A stretch of 63,189 nt of DNA from an uncultured Alphaproteobacteria bacterium (GCA_944390895.1 CALXRQ010000006.1:1-63189), one strand, 5' to 3'. Positions 39,323-49,594 are shown, numbered from the stretch's first letter. Notes: generated from the sequence alone by a model not told the origin. Translations and numbers: made by a program.

Positions 39323-39359
39323 AAAAAAAGGGGATTGCCATTGGCAATCTCCTTTTTTT
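39323..39359 (+). terminator. Terminator
   Basis: AAAAAAGGGGATTGCC-att-GGCAATCTCCTTTTTT. Confidence 0.85.
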
Positions 39360-39421
39360 ATTGCCGGAAAGAAGTTTTGGGTGTAGGAAAGCAACAATGA
39401 CAGATTTAAGGAGTTTATGAT

Positions 39422-39898
39422 ATGCGACTGGCATTGTTTCAACCCGATATTCCGCAAAACACAGGGACACTGCTGCGTTTGGGCGCCTGTCTGGACGTGG
39501 AGCTTGACATTATCGAACCCTGCGGTTTTATTTTTTCGGAACGTACGTTAAAACGTTCGGGCATGGATTATCTGGATATGGTAAAATATCGTCGGCATAA
39601 TTCATGGTATGATTTTCTGGAATATCGGAAAAATCATCCGGAGACTTATGGCCGTTTGGTGCTGCTGACGACGCATGCGACGGAACCTTATTATGATTTT
39701 AAATTTGAGGCCAATGATATAATTTTGATGGGGCGGGAGAGCGCCGGCGTGCCGCAGGAAGTGCATGATACGGTTGATGCAAGGTTGCTGATACCGATGA
39801 ACGAGAAGGCGCGCTCAATCAATGTGGCCGTGTCTGCCGTGATGGCGATCGGGGAGTGTCTGCGCCAAACCGGCGGGTTTCCTGCAATTGGAGGTTAG
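39422..39898 (+). CDS. trmL: tRNA (cytidine/uridine-34 2'-O)-methyltransferase
   Basis: PDIPQNTG, KRSGMDY, GRESAGVP, IPM...RSIN. Confidence 0.94.
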   Translation: MRLALFQPDIPQNTGTLLRLGACLDVELDIIEPCGFIFSERTLKRSGMDYLDMVKYRRHNSWYDFLEYRKNHPETYGRLVLLTTHATEPYYDFKFEANDIILMGRESAGVPQEVHDTVDARLLIPMNEKARSINVAVSAVMAIGECLRQTGGFPAIGG

Positions 39899-39911
39899 GC
39901 TGAAGACATAA

Positions 39912-39938
39912 GAAAGCCCCGTGTTTCCGGGGCTTTTT
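39912..39938. terminator. Bidirectional terminator
   Basis: GAAAGCCCCG-tgtttc-CGGGGCTTTT. Confidence 0.8.
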
Positions 39939-39940
39939 CA

Positions 39941-41158
39941 TTATTTGCTTTTGTTTGCACGGGCATTTCTCAGAGCTATCTGCTCCGGCGTCAGCCCGGT
40001 ATGGTTGCGGTCAATTGCCCTCCAGTCGTTTTTAGCCTGGTGTTTTTCGTCCTTGGACGGATCACGTTCGGTCACGCCGTGTCCGCGGGCGATGTTTTTG
40101 AGCGAATGAATGGTGTAGGAAGTTAATCCGCCTTTTACGCTTTTCTGCATTTCAGGAGACATTTTTTTGGCGGTTTCGGTTACTTCTTTATAAGAAGGAG
40201 CATTGTCCAGAGCAAAACTGCCGCTTTTGATGTCTTCTCCCATGACGTTCATCAGAGCAGCCGTGTAAACGGCTTTTTCTTCCGGTGATTTAAGCGGGGC
40301 AAAGTCAAATTTCTTTTCGCCTTTGGCTTGCAGATCTTTTACGGCTTTTTCCGCTTTTTGATAGGCTTCGGTTGCAGGGTTTTGTTTTTCTCCCTTGTCT
40401 TTTTCTTCTTTTGGTTTGTTTTCTTTTTCCGGTTGTTTCGGTGTTTGGCTTTTTTCGGCGTTTTTCATGGCCGCTTCAACGGCCTGCTGCAATTCTTTGG
40501 GCCAGCTTTTCATTTCTTCGGCCGACGGCGGATTGACGATATGCAGTTCCGGATCTTTAAGACAGGCCAGCATCAGGTTGGCCTTGAATGACGGAGACAT
40601 ATTTTCGCCGAATTCGATGTCGGGGCCGTTGGCTTTGGCGTTTTTCAATATTTCGGCAAAGACTTCGGGCGAAGGCACGCCGCCGTTCGGTCCTTTGACG
40701 GAAAGGTCACGGGGGCTGTTGTAGGAAACTTCGGTGGCCTGTTCGATTTCTTTCTGGTTTGCCCCCTGCTCAAAAATGTGAAAAGAGAGACTGCCGGTAT
40801 TGCTCGGATCGGCAAATTCTTTAATTTCCTTACCGTTTTTGGAAGCCCATTCTTTCCATTCGCTTAAAAGGGCTTCTTTCCAATCCCCGTTACCGGCGGG
40901 AGCGGGCGCGTCTTCGGTTTTCTGAGCAGAACCGCCTTCCTTGATTACAGTGGGGGCTTTGTCTTTATTTTCTTTGTCTTTTTCTTTATTTTGGGTCGCG
41001 GCGTCTTTTTTCTGTTTCCATTCTTCGGAGAACTTTTCGTATCCGTCGTAAGCTTTTTTATATTCGTCGCTTTGAGCATCCATTTTTTTGAAATCGTCAA
41101 GAGAAATGCCTTTGCCGTTCAGAAATTCGGTTAAGCATTCGTCATTCATATCAGCCAT
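39941..41158 (-). CDS. Hypothetical Lys/Glu-rich protein with an internal duplication
   Basis: 405 aa, GGAGAG RBS, charged linkers, basic C-terminus. Confidence 0.75.
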   Translation of the reverse strand: MADMNDECLTEFLNGKGISLDDFKKMDAQSDEYKKAYDGYEKFSEEWKQKKDAATQNKEKDKENKDKAPTVIKEGGSAQKTEDAPAPAGNGDWKEALLSEWKEWASKNGKEIKEFADPSNTGSLSFHIFEQGANQKEIEQATEVSYNSPRDLSVKGPNGGVPSPEVFAEILKNAKANGPDIEFGENMSPSFKANLMLACLKDPELHIVNPPSAEEMKSWPKELQQAVEAAMKNAEKSQTPKQPEKENKPKEEKDKGEKQNPATEAYQKAEKAVKDLQAKGEKKFDFAPLKSPEEKAVYTAALMNVMGEDIKSGSFALDNAPSYKEVTETAKKMSPEMQKSVKGGLTSYTIHSLKNIARGHGVTERDPSKDEKHQAKNDWRAIDRNHTGLTPEQIALRNARANKSK

Positions 41159-41255
41159 CTTTTCTCTCCAGAGTTTTAATCTTATTAACTCAAATATAAC
41201 ATAATTTTTTTGTTTTGTCTATTTTTTTGTTTACTTTCATAGAAGTTTAACAAAG

Positions 41256-41969
41256 TCAGAACAAGCGAGCAAATTGTTCCGGCGAATCGGGCAGGAGATA
41301 AGGATTGCACTTTTTTTCGAGACCGAGCGGCACCGGTGAAACCGGAAATCCCCGGGCAATTTGGGCGCGGGCATTTTGAACGTATTGTTTCAGTGCGGCG
41401 TCGTCCCGGACAAAATGTTCGGCCATCGGCACCGCCTGCAGCGTATATTCGTGCCCCGGGTAGAACAGAACGTCGTCGGGCAGAGCTTTAATCTTGCTTA
41501 GGGCGTCGAACATTTGTTCGACGCTGCCTTCAAACAATCCTCCGATACAGAGGTTAAACAACGTGTCTCCGGTAAACAAAGCCTTATCGGCCTTAAAATA
41601 CCAAAGAATGTGGTTTTGCGTGTGCGCGGAAACGTCAATGATGTCGGCGACAGAATTGCCGAGACTGAAAGTTTTTCCCGGGACAACGCCAAGGTCAAAA
41701 CCGGGAATGCGTTCCGCGTCGGCTTGACAGGCAATAATCCGGCTGCCGTAAAGCTTTTTTAATTCCAGATTGCCGTCGGTATGGTCAAAGTGATGATGCG
41801 TATTGAAAATATAGTCGGGTTTGAGATTCATTTCCGCGCATTTGGCGATAATCGGCGCGGTTTCCGATGGGTCAACGACAGCGGAGATGCCGGTGTCGCG
41901 GTCAACCAGAATGTAGGACAGGTTGTCCATGTAGCCGACGCGGCAGGGGACGGTGCAGATATCAAGCAT
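41256..41969 (-). CDS. gloB: Hydroxyacylglutathione hydrolase (glyoxalase II)
   Basis: DN.SY, THHHFDH, HT..H, FTGDTLF, GHEYT, EK..NP. Confidence 0.92.
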   Translation of the reverse strand: MLDICTVPCRVGYMDNLSYILVDRDTGISAVVDPSETAPIIAKCAEMNLKPDYIFNTHHHFDHTDGNLELKKLYGSRIIACQADAERIPGFDLGVVPGKTFSLGNSVADIIDVSAHTQNHILWYFKADKALFTGDTLFNLCIGGLFEGSVEQMFDALSKIKALPDDVLFYPGHEYTLQAVPMAEHFVRDDAALKQYVQNARAQIARGFPVSPVPLGLEKKCNPYLLPDSPEQFARLF

Positions 41970-43651
41970 TACAGATAATCCTCGGGGTTTAATTCATCAA
42001 TCTGGGCGGGGTCGACATATTGTTCGGCGTAGTCTTTATATACGCCGGAACGAATGAATACTTCGTATAAATCAGGATCGATATGGCCGTTGTTTTTCAT
42101 GGACTGCATAATAGAGAGAACCTGAGAGAGCTTTTTGGGCTCCTTGTAAGGACGGTCATTGGCGGTGAGCGCTTCAAAAATGTCGGCAATGGCCATGATT
42201 TTGGCGGGAATCGACATTTGGTCGCCGGTCAGTCCGTTGGGGTAGCCCTTGCCGTCAACACGTTCGTGATGTGCGCCGGCATATTCGACAACGTTTGAAA
42301 GCTCTTTGGGAAACGGCAGCGCTTTTAACATATCGATCGTGACAACAATGTGTTCGTTGATTTTTTCCCGTTCTTCCTTGTTAATGGTGCCGTTGCGGAC
42401 TTTAAGATTGTACAGTTCGCCGCGGTTGTATTGTCCGAAAAGATGGTCTTCCCGGTTTTGCAGCAGGTTTTCGTAGCCGGGTTTGTCCGCAGCCTGTTTG
42501 TCGGAAATCAGGTCGCGTTCTGCCCAGGAAATGCCTTTCAGACGACTGAAGTAGCGGACAAACTGTTTTTGCGCAACGGTTTCGAGAGCCTTGATGTCTT
42601 CGTCGCTTAAGGGAACGTCACCGGTATTGCAGCGAGCGACCAAATCAAAGTCTTTTTCAAGCTGGCGGAGTTTGGCCACAAACTCGTTTTGCAGTTCTTC
42701 TTTGGAAGCAACGTTGGCCAGACGTTTTTTCAGGTATTCGATATGCGCGTCGCGGCGCAGGATTTCAAAACGATCGCGGATTTCGTGAATGCGGTTGTTG
42801 ATGGTCTCCAACTTGGTGGCTTTGTCAACAATATATTCCGGCGTGGTTACCTTGCCGCAGTCGTGCAGCCAGGAGGCAATGTTTAAGGCGTACCAGTCGT
42901 CATTGCTCATTTCGAACTTTTTGAGCGGGCCGGTTTCTTCTTGTACGGCCGCGGTGGCGAGCATTCGGGCAATAACGGGAACGCGCTGACAGTGCGCGCC
43001 GGTGTATGGCGATTTGGCATCAATGGCGCGGGCCAAAACTTCAATGAAAGATTCAAGCAGACGGCCATAGTCTTCGCTTAGTTTGCGGTTTTCCAGAACC
43101 AGTGAGGCAAGGTTGCAGACCGCTATGATGTCTTCCTGCATTCCGCTGGTGAACGTGATGTTTTTGCCTTTGGCGTCTTTGGGATTGACAAACTGCACCA
43201 CGCCGACAACAGTTCCCTTGCGGTTGGTCAGCGGAACAGACAGGCAGGTGACGGAAACATAGTCGTTAAGAGCGTCGTAGTTGGCAAAAAAGTGGTTGTC
43301 GATTTCTTTGTTTTCGTAAATGCTGGGCAGGTTGATTATTTCGTTATTGAAAGCCGATATTTCCACGGCAGACTTGCCGGAGGGGCTGCGGCCGGTTTCG
43401 CTGAATACGGGTGCGGTGTATACGTTGTTGTCAAAACCGAACTTGTAGCTGTTCAGTTTGGTATTGTAGCTGTATTCGAGACTGAGAAATTTGTCATCGT
43501 TGAAAGTATAGAAAAAAGCGGCTTCGGCAGAACAGACGCGGCCGGCCAGACGGATAATCCGTTCAATAACGGCCATATAATCGGTTGATTGGGCTATCTC
43601 GGAATTGATGTCCAATAACTCGGCCAGAATTGAGGGATCATTTGTCTGCAA
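41969..43651 (-). CDS. GAF + HD-GYP cyclic-di-nucleotide phosphodiesterase
   Basis: N-terminal GAF; YTGAHCQRV, LHDCGK, HHERVDGKGYP, ADIFEALTA.DRPYK. Confidence 0.9.
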   Translation of the reverse strand: MQTNDPSILAELLDINSEIAQSTDYMAVIERIIRLAGRVCSAEAAFFYTFNDDKFLSLEYSYNTKLNSYKFGFDNNVYTAPVFSETGRSPSGKSAVEISAFNNEIINLPSIYENKEIDNHFFANYDALNDYVSVTCLSVPLTNRKGTVVGVVQFVNPKDAKGKNITFTSGMQEDIIAVCNLASLVLENRKLSEDYGRLLESFIEVLARAIDAKSPYTGAHCQRVPVIARMLATAAVQEETGPLKKFEMSNDDWYALNIASWLHDCGKVTTPEYIVDKATKLETINNRIHEIRDRFEILRRDAHIEYLKKRLANVASKEELQNEFVAKLRQLEKDFDLVARCNTGDVPLSDEDIKALETVAQKQFVRYFSRLKGISWAERDLISDKQAADKPGYENLLQNREDHLFGQYNRGELYNLKVRNGTINKEEREKINEHIVVTIDMLKALPFPKELSNVVEYAGAHHERVDGKGYPNGLTGDQMSIPAKIMAIADIFEALTANDRPYKEPKKLSQVLSIMQSMKNNGHIDPDLYEVFIRSGVYKDYAEQYVDPAQIDELNPEDYL

Positions 43652-43728
43652 GGTCGTTTTCCTTAATAAAATTCGTAATTGTACAGACTATAATACATAA
43701 TAAATGTTAACAAAAAGACAAAAACAGT

Positions 43729-44841
43729 CTAACTTATTTTTGAAATGAGATAGTTAACGTCGTCTTCGTTAAGGTCTTCTCCGGCGGAACCGTATGACAG
43801 GATGCGTTCAATTACCTTGTGAGCAAAAGTTTTACTGTCATTTTTCTTATAGTCGAAGCGGATGTCCTTGATAACTTTCAAAGCGCTGAAAACTGCGGGA
43901 AACATAGTCTTGGGAATGTAGGCCTTGCGCAACAGGTTTCTGATCATGAAATCCATTGACGTGTTGAACAAGATTTTGCGAACCTCAATAATCGGCGTAT
44001 TGGAAAGATAAACCAGAGCATATTCAAAAAACTTCAAATCGCCCATGCAAATGGAGCGAACCACCAACGTCGAAGTCAGGCGGTTGGACGTATACAACTG
44101 GTGAATCAGTTCTTCAATCTGTTTGTCGGAACTGTATTCTTCGGAAATTTTGAGCGTGGCTTTTTCTTTGACCTGTTCGACAATGTCGCTGGCGATGTCG
44201 TTGGGCAGGTTGTGCATGATGATCAGGCGGCGCTGCAACTCCTCGGACAGGGAGTTGACGATACGCTCAATGATTGAGACCGGCAGTTCGGAGCGGTAGA
44301 CCATATTGCGCTTGATGGTCTCGCTGTCGGGGTAGCGGTCAACAATGAGATTATAGGTTTTTTCCTGAATTCTGGCGGTTTCGTTGGAAATCAACACGCC
44401 GATGACTTCTTCCGGGCATTTCTCGGCAATGTAGTGGGAAATGTCTTCCGAAAGGTTTTTGCGCATGGCGACGGCTTTCTGTTTGTTAACATTCTGCGCT
44501 TCAATAATGCTGATAATGTCTTCACGGCTGAGGTCGGAATAGTATTTGATAAAAGGCAGGGAAACGCTTTCTTCGTCGTTTATCAGCGCCTTGACAATAT
44601 CATGGGGAATTTTTTTGCTGTTTTTTAAGCTTTCCGAGAGGGCTTCGCGAACTTTTAACTCTACGTCTCTGACAACAATGCGAAAGATGGATTCTGCTAT
44701 CTGACGGCCTTTTTCAGTGATGTTTTTATCATTATAATAGACACCGATTTTTTGAACCGTGCCGGACTTGGTCTCGGCGTCGGGATGAAGGGATAGCCTG
44801 GTAATATCTTCTTTGGTCAGTATATTGTTCATTTTTTTCAT
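43729..44841 (-). CDS. DUF2336 family protein
   Basis: HEAT-like repeats (VREALSESLK, LIND...VSLP, AVAMRK.L, LISN..A.I), typical of alphaproteobacterial DUF2336. Confidence 0.8.
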   Translation of the reverse strand: MKKMNNILTKEDITRLSLHPDAETKSGTVQKIGVYYNDKNITEKGRQIAESIFRIVVRDVELKVREALSESLKNSKKIPHDIVKALINDEESVSLPFIKYYSDLSREDIISIIEAQNVNKQKAVAMRKNLSEDISHYIAEKCPEEVIGVLISNETARIQEKTYNLIVDRYPDSETIKRNMVYRSELPVSIIERIVNSLSEELQRRLIIMHNLPNDIASDIVEQVKEKATLKISEEYSSDKQIEELIHQLYTSNRLTSTLVVRSICMGDLKFFEYALVYLSNTPIIEVRKILFNTSMDFMIRNLLRKAYIPKTMFPAVFSALKVIKDIRFDYKKNDSKTFAHKVIERILSYGSAGEDLNEDDVNYLISKIS

Positions 44842-44911
44842 CCAGTTCAGTCTCTAAAATATATGATATAATTTTTTTGTCAATTAGTACAATTAAGTTT
44901 TTGTTACAAAA

Positions 44912-45871
44912 TCAGCTTTCCTCCGGAGAATCGTTGTTCTTTCTCGGTTGTTTCTGAAAATTGTAATTCAGTTCCGAGGCGTCGATGGTTACGAGTTCAT
45001 AGAATGTTATGGTATAATCCAGCAGTCCGATGTAATTGGGCAGCGGTGAAAGCAGGAAAAACGTATAAGCGGTGCTTCTTCCGTCCAAAAGCTGGCGCCG
45101 GTAGCGCTGTTCTTTGCGGAAACTGCGAAAATCTTCAAAGTTTACGTTGGAGTTTATTTTTAGGGCAAAAGAGTACATGGAATCGTACAGCGACGGAAAA
45201 ATTTTGATGCGGTAGTTCGGATCTTCGGTTTCTCCTTCGGGTTTCAGCCCTTCGTCCGAATACCAGACCAGTTCTTTATAAAGGGAGCGGCCTTCTTTGA
45301 CAATACGAGATTGTCCCCAGTTGGTTTCAATGGCCGATACGGCAATCAGGACGGAGGGCGGCAGTGCGTCTATGCGGTAGCGCAGTTCGCCGAGGAGAAG
45401 TTTGTAGCGGCGGTATCCTTTCAGTCTGGTAAAGACGTCATATTTTTTTGCGGCTTGTTCCACCCATTGGGTTTGAGCGGGGGACAGTTCGGCGTTTTTA
45501 TCAAAATCCGTGATAATCTTTTCAAGCTGTGCACGTTCGGCCAGAATGGCCTCGTTTACTTTTAAGGCCAGCGGAGAAAGTATTCTGATGAACAGACCGT
45601 TACGGAGATTGTCGTCTTTTATCCGGTCATAGTCTTCGGGAAAATTTTTTAGAAAAATAGCGGGAACCTTATGCGTTTCGAGCGGGATATATTCGTCGTA
45701 GCCGCTTTCCGTATAAAGCTTTTGGAGTTCCGCCACGCTGACCGCGTCGATGTTCAATCCGTTTTTTCCGGGCCGCGAAACAGTTTCTGCACCAGCGGAA
45801 AAGCTGTTCAGGAAAACTGCCCAGAGCAGAAAAAACGAATATAAATACCTAGCTATTGTCTCCCTCCGCAT
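44912..45871 (-). CDS. Bax/FlgJ-like glucosaminidase-family secreted protein
   Basis: Signal peptide; LPPSVLIAVSAIETNWGQSR resembles the Bax IPxSLxxAQAAxESGWGTSR motif. Confidence 0.75.
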   Translation of the reverse strand: MRRETIARYLYSFFLLWAVFLNSFSAGAETVSRPGKNGLNIDAVSVAELQKLYTESGYDEYIPLETHKVPAIFLKNFPEDYDRIKDDNLRNGLFIRILSPLALKVNEAILAERAQLEKIITDFDKNAELSPAQTQWVEQAAKKYDVFTRLKGYRRYKLLLGELRYRIDALPPSVLIAVSAIETNWGQSRIVKEGRSLYKELVWYSDEGLKPEGETEDPNYRIKIFPSLYDSMYSFALKINSNVNFEDFRSFRKEQRYRRQLLDGRSTAYTFFLLSPLPNYIGLLDYTITFYELVTIDASELNYNFQKQPRKNNDSPEES

Positions 45872-46412
45872 TTTTTTCACAGGCTCTGACTTCTTTGACC
45901 TGTGGTATATAGTTTTTCAAAACTTTTTCCACTCCCTCTTTAAGCGTGACCAACGCGTAGGGGCAACCGGCGCAGTTGCCTTTCATTTCGACGTAAACAA
46001 TTCCTTTGTCGAATTTTTTGAAGACGATGTCTCCGCCGTCCTGTTTGACGGCCGGTCGGATCCTGGCATTAAGCAGGCCGATGATCTGTCCGATTATTTC
46101 GTCTTGTCCGGGGGCGGTATCGGCTTGTTCTATGAGCGTTTCTTCCCCTAAGGAAAGATGATCCATTATTTCTGCCAGCACCAGCGGTTTCAAATCGTCC
46201 CATGAGGCACCGGCCTCTTTGGTGACGGATATCATTTCTTCGGTCATAAAGACAGACTGAACGCCGCCGAGATCAAACAGTTTTTCCGCCAGCGGCGATT
46301 TGCGCATCGACTTGGCGTCGGCAAATTCGGCACGGCCGGATTTGAGGATTTTTACGGGCGGAAAAAAGTTGATGACTTCCGGATCCGGGGTGTTTTGAGT
46401 CTCAATCAGCAT
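45849..46412 (-). CDS. NfuA/NifU-family Fe-S scaffold protein
   Basis: IETQ.TP.P Nfu N-domain; RIRPAVKQDGGDI...G.CAGCP...TLK.GVE. Confidence 0.92.
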   Translation of the reverse strand: MLIETQNTPDPEVINFFPPVKILKSGRAEFADAKSMRKSPLAEKLFDLGGVQSVFMTEEMISVTKEAGASWDDLKPLVLAEIMDHLSLGEETLIEQADTAPGQDEIIGQIIGLLNARIRPAVKQDGGDIVFKKFDKGIVYVEMKGNCAGCPYALVTLKEGVEKVLKNYIPQVKEVRACEKNAEGDNS

Positions 46413-46414
46413 TG

Positions 46415-47464
46415 TTATTCCTTCGGGAGCGGCTTTTTTTCCAAAAGCGCAATTATGTTTTTGTTCAAGTTGACGGTTTTTACCATATAATAGGCAATAT
46501 ATTGCAGATGGTTGGGCGCCGTGATACTGTCAAGCGCGCCGTTGCGAATCAGAACCGGATCAAAAACCGCGCCGTCTTCCAGCGATTTCAGGCTTTTGGT
46601 CCAGAGCTGATAGGCGTTTTGCGAAACAATGATGTCTTTATAGTCATTTCCGAGCGTTTTTAACAGCAGATAATAAGCATACATTTTGCCCTGATTGTAA
46701 TAAAAAACGTCATCGGCCTTGAAGTCAAACAAAGACGTGCTTTCTTCGCGAACCTGATTTTCCACTTTTGTCAGAGAATTCAGGAGGTCGCGGTTGACTC
46801 GTTTTAGAAAATAAGCAAGGTCGTCGGGGTTTTTGTAAAAGACGGTATGGCCGGAACTGAGGTTCTGGTTGAATTTTATGAGCTGTTTGCGGGCTTTGCG
46901 ATACTGGCTGTGGGCAGAAGGAACCGGCGAGAAGCTGTTTTGGGGCGAAAACATCCAGATGCGGCCGTTGTAAGCCAAAAGTTTGGCTGCGTTTTTCAAG
47001 TGAAGCTCGTCTTCGTTGGTGCTGAAACCGGTGTCAAGCCGGTTGGCCATGGCCTGTGAAACGGTCGAAAGTCCGGAAATGATGCCAAGCTGATAGTTAG
47101 GCATATTGTCCAACATGTATGACGGGAAAAAAAACGGCAGATTGGGCGTCCAAAGGTTTTCGTTAACTTCCCGGTTAATGAGAAAAGCCATCATATTTAC
47201 GGTTGCGGACGGCATTTCGTTTTGAGAACCTATTTCATAGTCGGTGGTTTTATTGATATTGTTGACCATCAGGCCGCCGATGGGATAATACAAAGCCATA
47301 AAAGCCACCAGAAGCACCAGAATGACGTGCCACCAAGAGCCGATGAAGGCGAACAAACCGGAAAATATTCCCGAGACGCGGGGTAAACGGATTTTTTTCC
47401 AATCAAAAGCGGCCGCTTTGGAACGGATGGTTCGGATAAAATTTTTAACATCAAGCCTGAACAT
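46415..47464 (-). CDS. DUF2333 family membrane protein
   Basis: Single TM; W.PN.PFF..LDNMPNYQLG and ADDVFY..QG motifs. Confidence 0.8.
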   Translation of the reverse strand: MFRLDVKNFIRTIRSKAAAFDWKKIRLPRVSGIFSGLFAFIGSWWHVILVLLVAFMALYYPIGGLMVNNINKTTDYEIGSQNEMPSATVNMMAFLINREVNENLWTPNLPFFFPSYMLDNMPNYQLGIISGLSTVSQAMANRLDTGFSTNEDELHLKNAAKLLAYNGRIWMFSPQNSFSPVPSAHSQYRKARKQLIKFNQNLSSGHTVFYKNPDDLAYFLKRVNRDLLNSLTKVENQVREESTSLFDFKADDVFYYNQGKMYAYYLLLKTLGNDYKDIIVSQNAYQLWTKSLKSLEDGAVFDPVLIRNGALDSITAPNHLQYIAYYMVKTVNLNKNIIALLEKKPLPKE

Positions 47465-49040
47465 TATTTTTCCTTTTTTTTGATATCATACACATAATGT
47501 CAGAAATATTCAATGCTCCGGTTAGTTTAGCCGCAATGCCGAAAGTTGCAACACCCAAAACGCACAAACCCACAAAAAACGGTATTTTCAGAGCGTATCC
47601 GAGCGCGAGCCAGTTGCCGTAAAGGCGATTGAGCGCAAACTCTCCGCCGATGAGTACGATGCCCATAATCAGTGAGCTTACGGTGATTTTGACGATTTTC
47701 TTCACCAGTTCGGGACCGAAAGTCCAAAAACCGCGTTTTTTCAGTCCGCGTACATACTGGTACAATGATACAAATGCGGCGACAGTGGTGGCCGAAGCAA
47801 TACCGACATGGCCGAACGGTTTCATCAGCAGAAGAGAAAAAATAAGGTTGGCGGCAAAGACGACCATACTGTATTTTACGGGCGTCCGCGTGTCGCCGCG
47901 GGCAAAGAAGTTCGGCGTCAGGGCTTTAACCAGAACATAAGCCGGCAGTCCTACGGCATAGGCAATGACGGCCAGCGACGTCATATGGGTTTCGTAAGCG
48001 CCGAAACGTCCGTGCTGGAACAAAATGTTGATTATCGGTTCGCTTAAGACAATCAATGCAACTGCCGCCGGAATTGACAACAGTGCGCCATATTCGCAGG
48101 CCTTGTCCTGAACGCGGCAGGCCTGTTCATGTTCTTCGGCCTTGAGATGGCGGCTTAAAACCGGCAGGATGGCAACGCTGATGGCCGCGCCGACAACGCC
48201 CAGCGGCAGCTGTTGCAGACGATTGGCGTAATATAGCCAGGAAATGGCTCCGGTGCCGACCAGCGAAACGATAATGGTGTCAACGACCATGTTTATCTGA
48301 TAAATTCCGGCGCCGAGCACGCCCGGGGCAATGCGTCTGAACAGCGTTTTTATTTCGGGATCTTTTATTTGCGTCGCAATATCGTACCGGGGACGGACAA
48401 CAACCTTTTGGCAGCGCAGAAAATAGGCCAGCCATGCGATTTCCACCAGACCGGCCGCGGTGACGCTGATGGAAATGCCGTGTGCCGGCGTGATGCTGAA
48501 CGGAACAAAGACAAATACGGCCAGAATCATCATCAGGTTTAAGATTACGGGCGCGGCGGCGGGCGCGGCGAATTTTCCGAGCGAATTCAAAATGCCCGAC
48601 TGGAACGAAACAATGGAAATGAACAACAGAAAAGGAAAGGTTATTCTCGACAGGGTCGTCGCCAGTTCGATTTTGCCGGGGTCGTCGGCGAAGCCGGGCG
48701 CCATCAGTTCGACAACCCAGGGCATACAGAATTCCATAATGACGACAAAAACGGTTAAAAAGAAAGCCAGAACGGAGATGGCGGAAGATGCAAAGCGCAC
48801 AGCTTCCTTTTCCCCGTCCGAGACGATTTTTTGAGAAAGCATCGGCACAAAGGCGGAGGTGAAAGCGCCTTCGGCAAACAGGCTGCGGAACAGGTTAGGC
48901 AGCTTGAAAGCAACAAAAAAGGCGTCGGCAACCATGCCCGCACCCAGGAAATTTGCCAGAACCATGTCCCGTGCAAAACCCGTTACCCGGCTCACAAGCG
49001 TAAAACCTCCGAAAGTCGCGATGGATTTGAATAAAGACAT
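47451..49040 (-). CDS. murJ: Lipid II flippase MurJ (MviN)
   Basis: TLVSRVTGFARD, DAFFVAFKLPNLFRSLFAEGA, YYANRLQQLPLG. Confidence 0.97.
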   Translation of the reverse strand: MSLFKSIATFGGFTLVSRVTGFARDMVLANFLGAGMVADAFFVAFKLPNLFRSLFAEGAFTSAFVPMLSQKIVSDGEKEAVRFASSAISVLAFFLTVFVVIMEFCMPWVVELMAPGFADDPGKIELATTLSRITFPFLLFISIVSFQSGILNSLGKFAAPAAAPVILNLMMILAVFVFVPFSITPAHGISISVTAAGLVEIAWLAYFLRCQKVVVRPRYDIATQIKDPEIKTLFRRIAPGVLGAGIYQINMVVDTIIVSLVGTGAISWLYYANRLQQLPLGVVGAAISVAILPVLSRHLKAEEHEQACRVQDKACEYGALLSIPAAVALIVLSEPIINILFQHGRFGAYETHMTSLAVIAYAVGLPAYVLVKALTPNFFARGDTRTPVKYSMVVFAANLIFSLLLMKPFGHVGIASATTVAAFVSLYQYVRGLKKRGFWTFGPELVKKIVKITVSSLIMGIVLIGGEFALNRLYGNWLALGYALKIPFFVGLCVLGVATFGIAAKLTGALNISDIMCMISKKRKNNVQA

Positions 49041-49172
49041 TTTCTGTTGAACCTTTGTGCTTGTTTATTGAATTTTAAGTATTCTAGTGTATTAATATCT
49101 TAAAGGCGAGAGAAATTAATAAATTATGAAACGGAAACATTGCACTTTTATTGATTTTTTTGTTTTTAAAAG

Positions 49173-49201
49173 TTGACAAATGACGGTAATGTTGCGATAA
49201 T
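49173..49201 (+). promoter_or_regulatory. Sigma70-type promoter
   Basis: TTGACA-17 nt-GATAAT. Confidence 0.6.
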
Positions 49202-49241
49202 AGACAAAAGAGTGAGATAAAAGTTTTTAAGGAGAAGTTTT

Positions 49242-49532
49242 ATGACGAAGGAAAACAGAGCGGAGCTGTACGGCAAAATGCTTGCCGGGGAAGTTCCCGG
49301 AATTTCGGTCTTTCCGGCGGAGCGCCTGAACACCGATACCTCGCGCTGCAGCCGGATTGTTGAAAACCTGCAGGCTTATGACACGGATAGATCCGGCGTT
49401 GAAAAGATTGCCGAAGGCAAGTTAAATCCCGAACTGGGAAAATACAGCCAGATTAATATGGAACTGCGCAGAGAAGACAATTTGAAAAACGGCCAGATGC
49501 CGATTGCCAGAAACCATGGCATGGAAATGTAA
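49242..49532 (+). CDS. Small hypothetical protein
   Basis: Strong AAGGAG RBS, own promoter and own terminator. Confidence 0.75.
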   Translation: MTKENRAELYGKMLAGEVPGISVFPAERLNTDTSRCSRIVENLQAYDTDRSGVEKIAEGKLNPELGKYSQINMELRREDNLKNGQMPIARNHGMEM

Positions 49533-49569
49533 TTTTTGAAAAAACTTCTCTTTATGCGATGATGATTTG

Positions 49570-49594
49570 AGAGCCTTAAGCAAGGCTCTTTTTT
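49570..49594 (+). terminator. Terminator
   Basis: AGAGCCTT-aagc-AAGGCTCT followed by a T-run. Confidence 0.75.
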
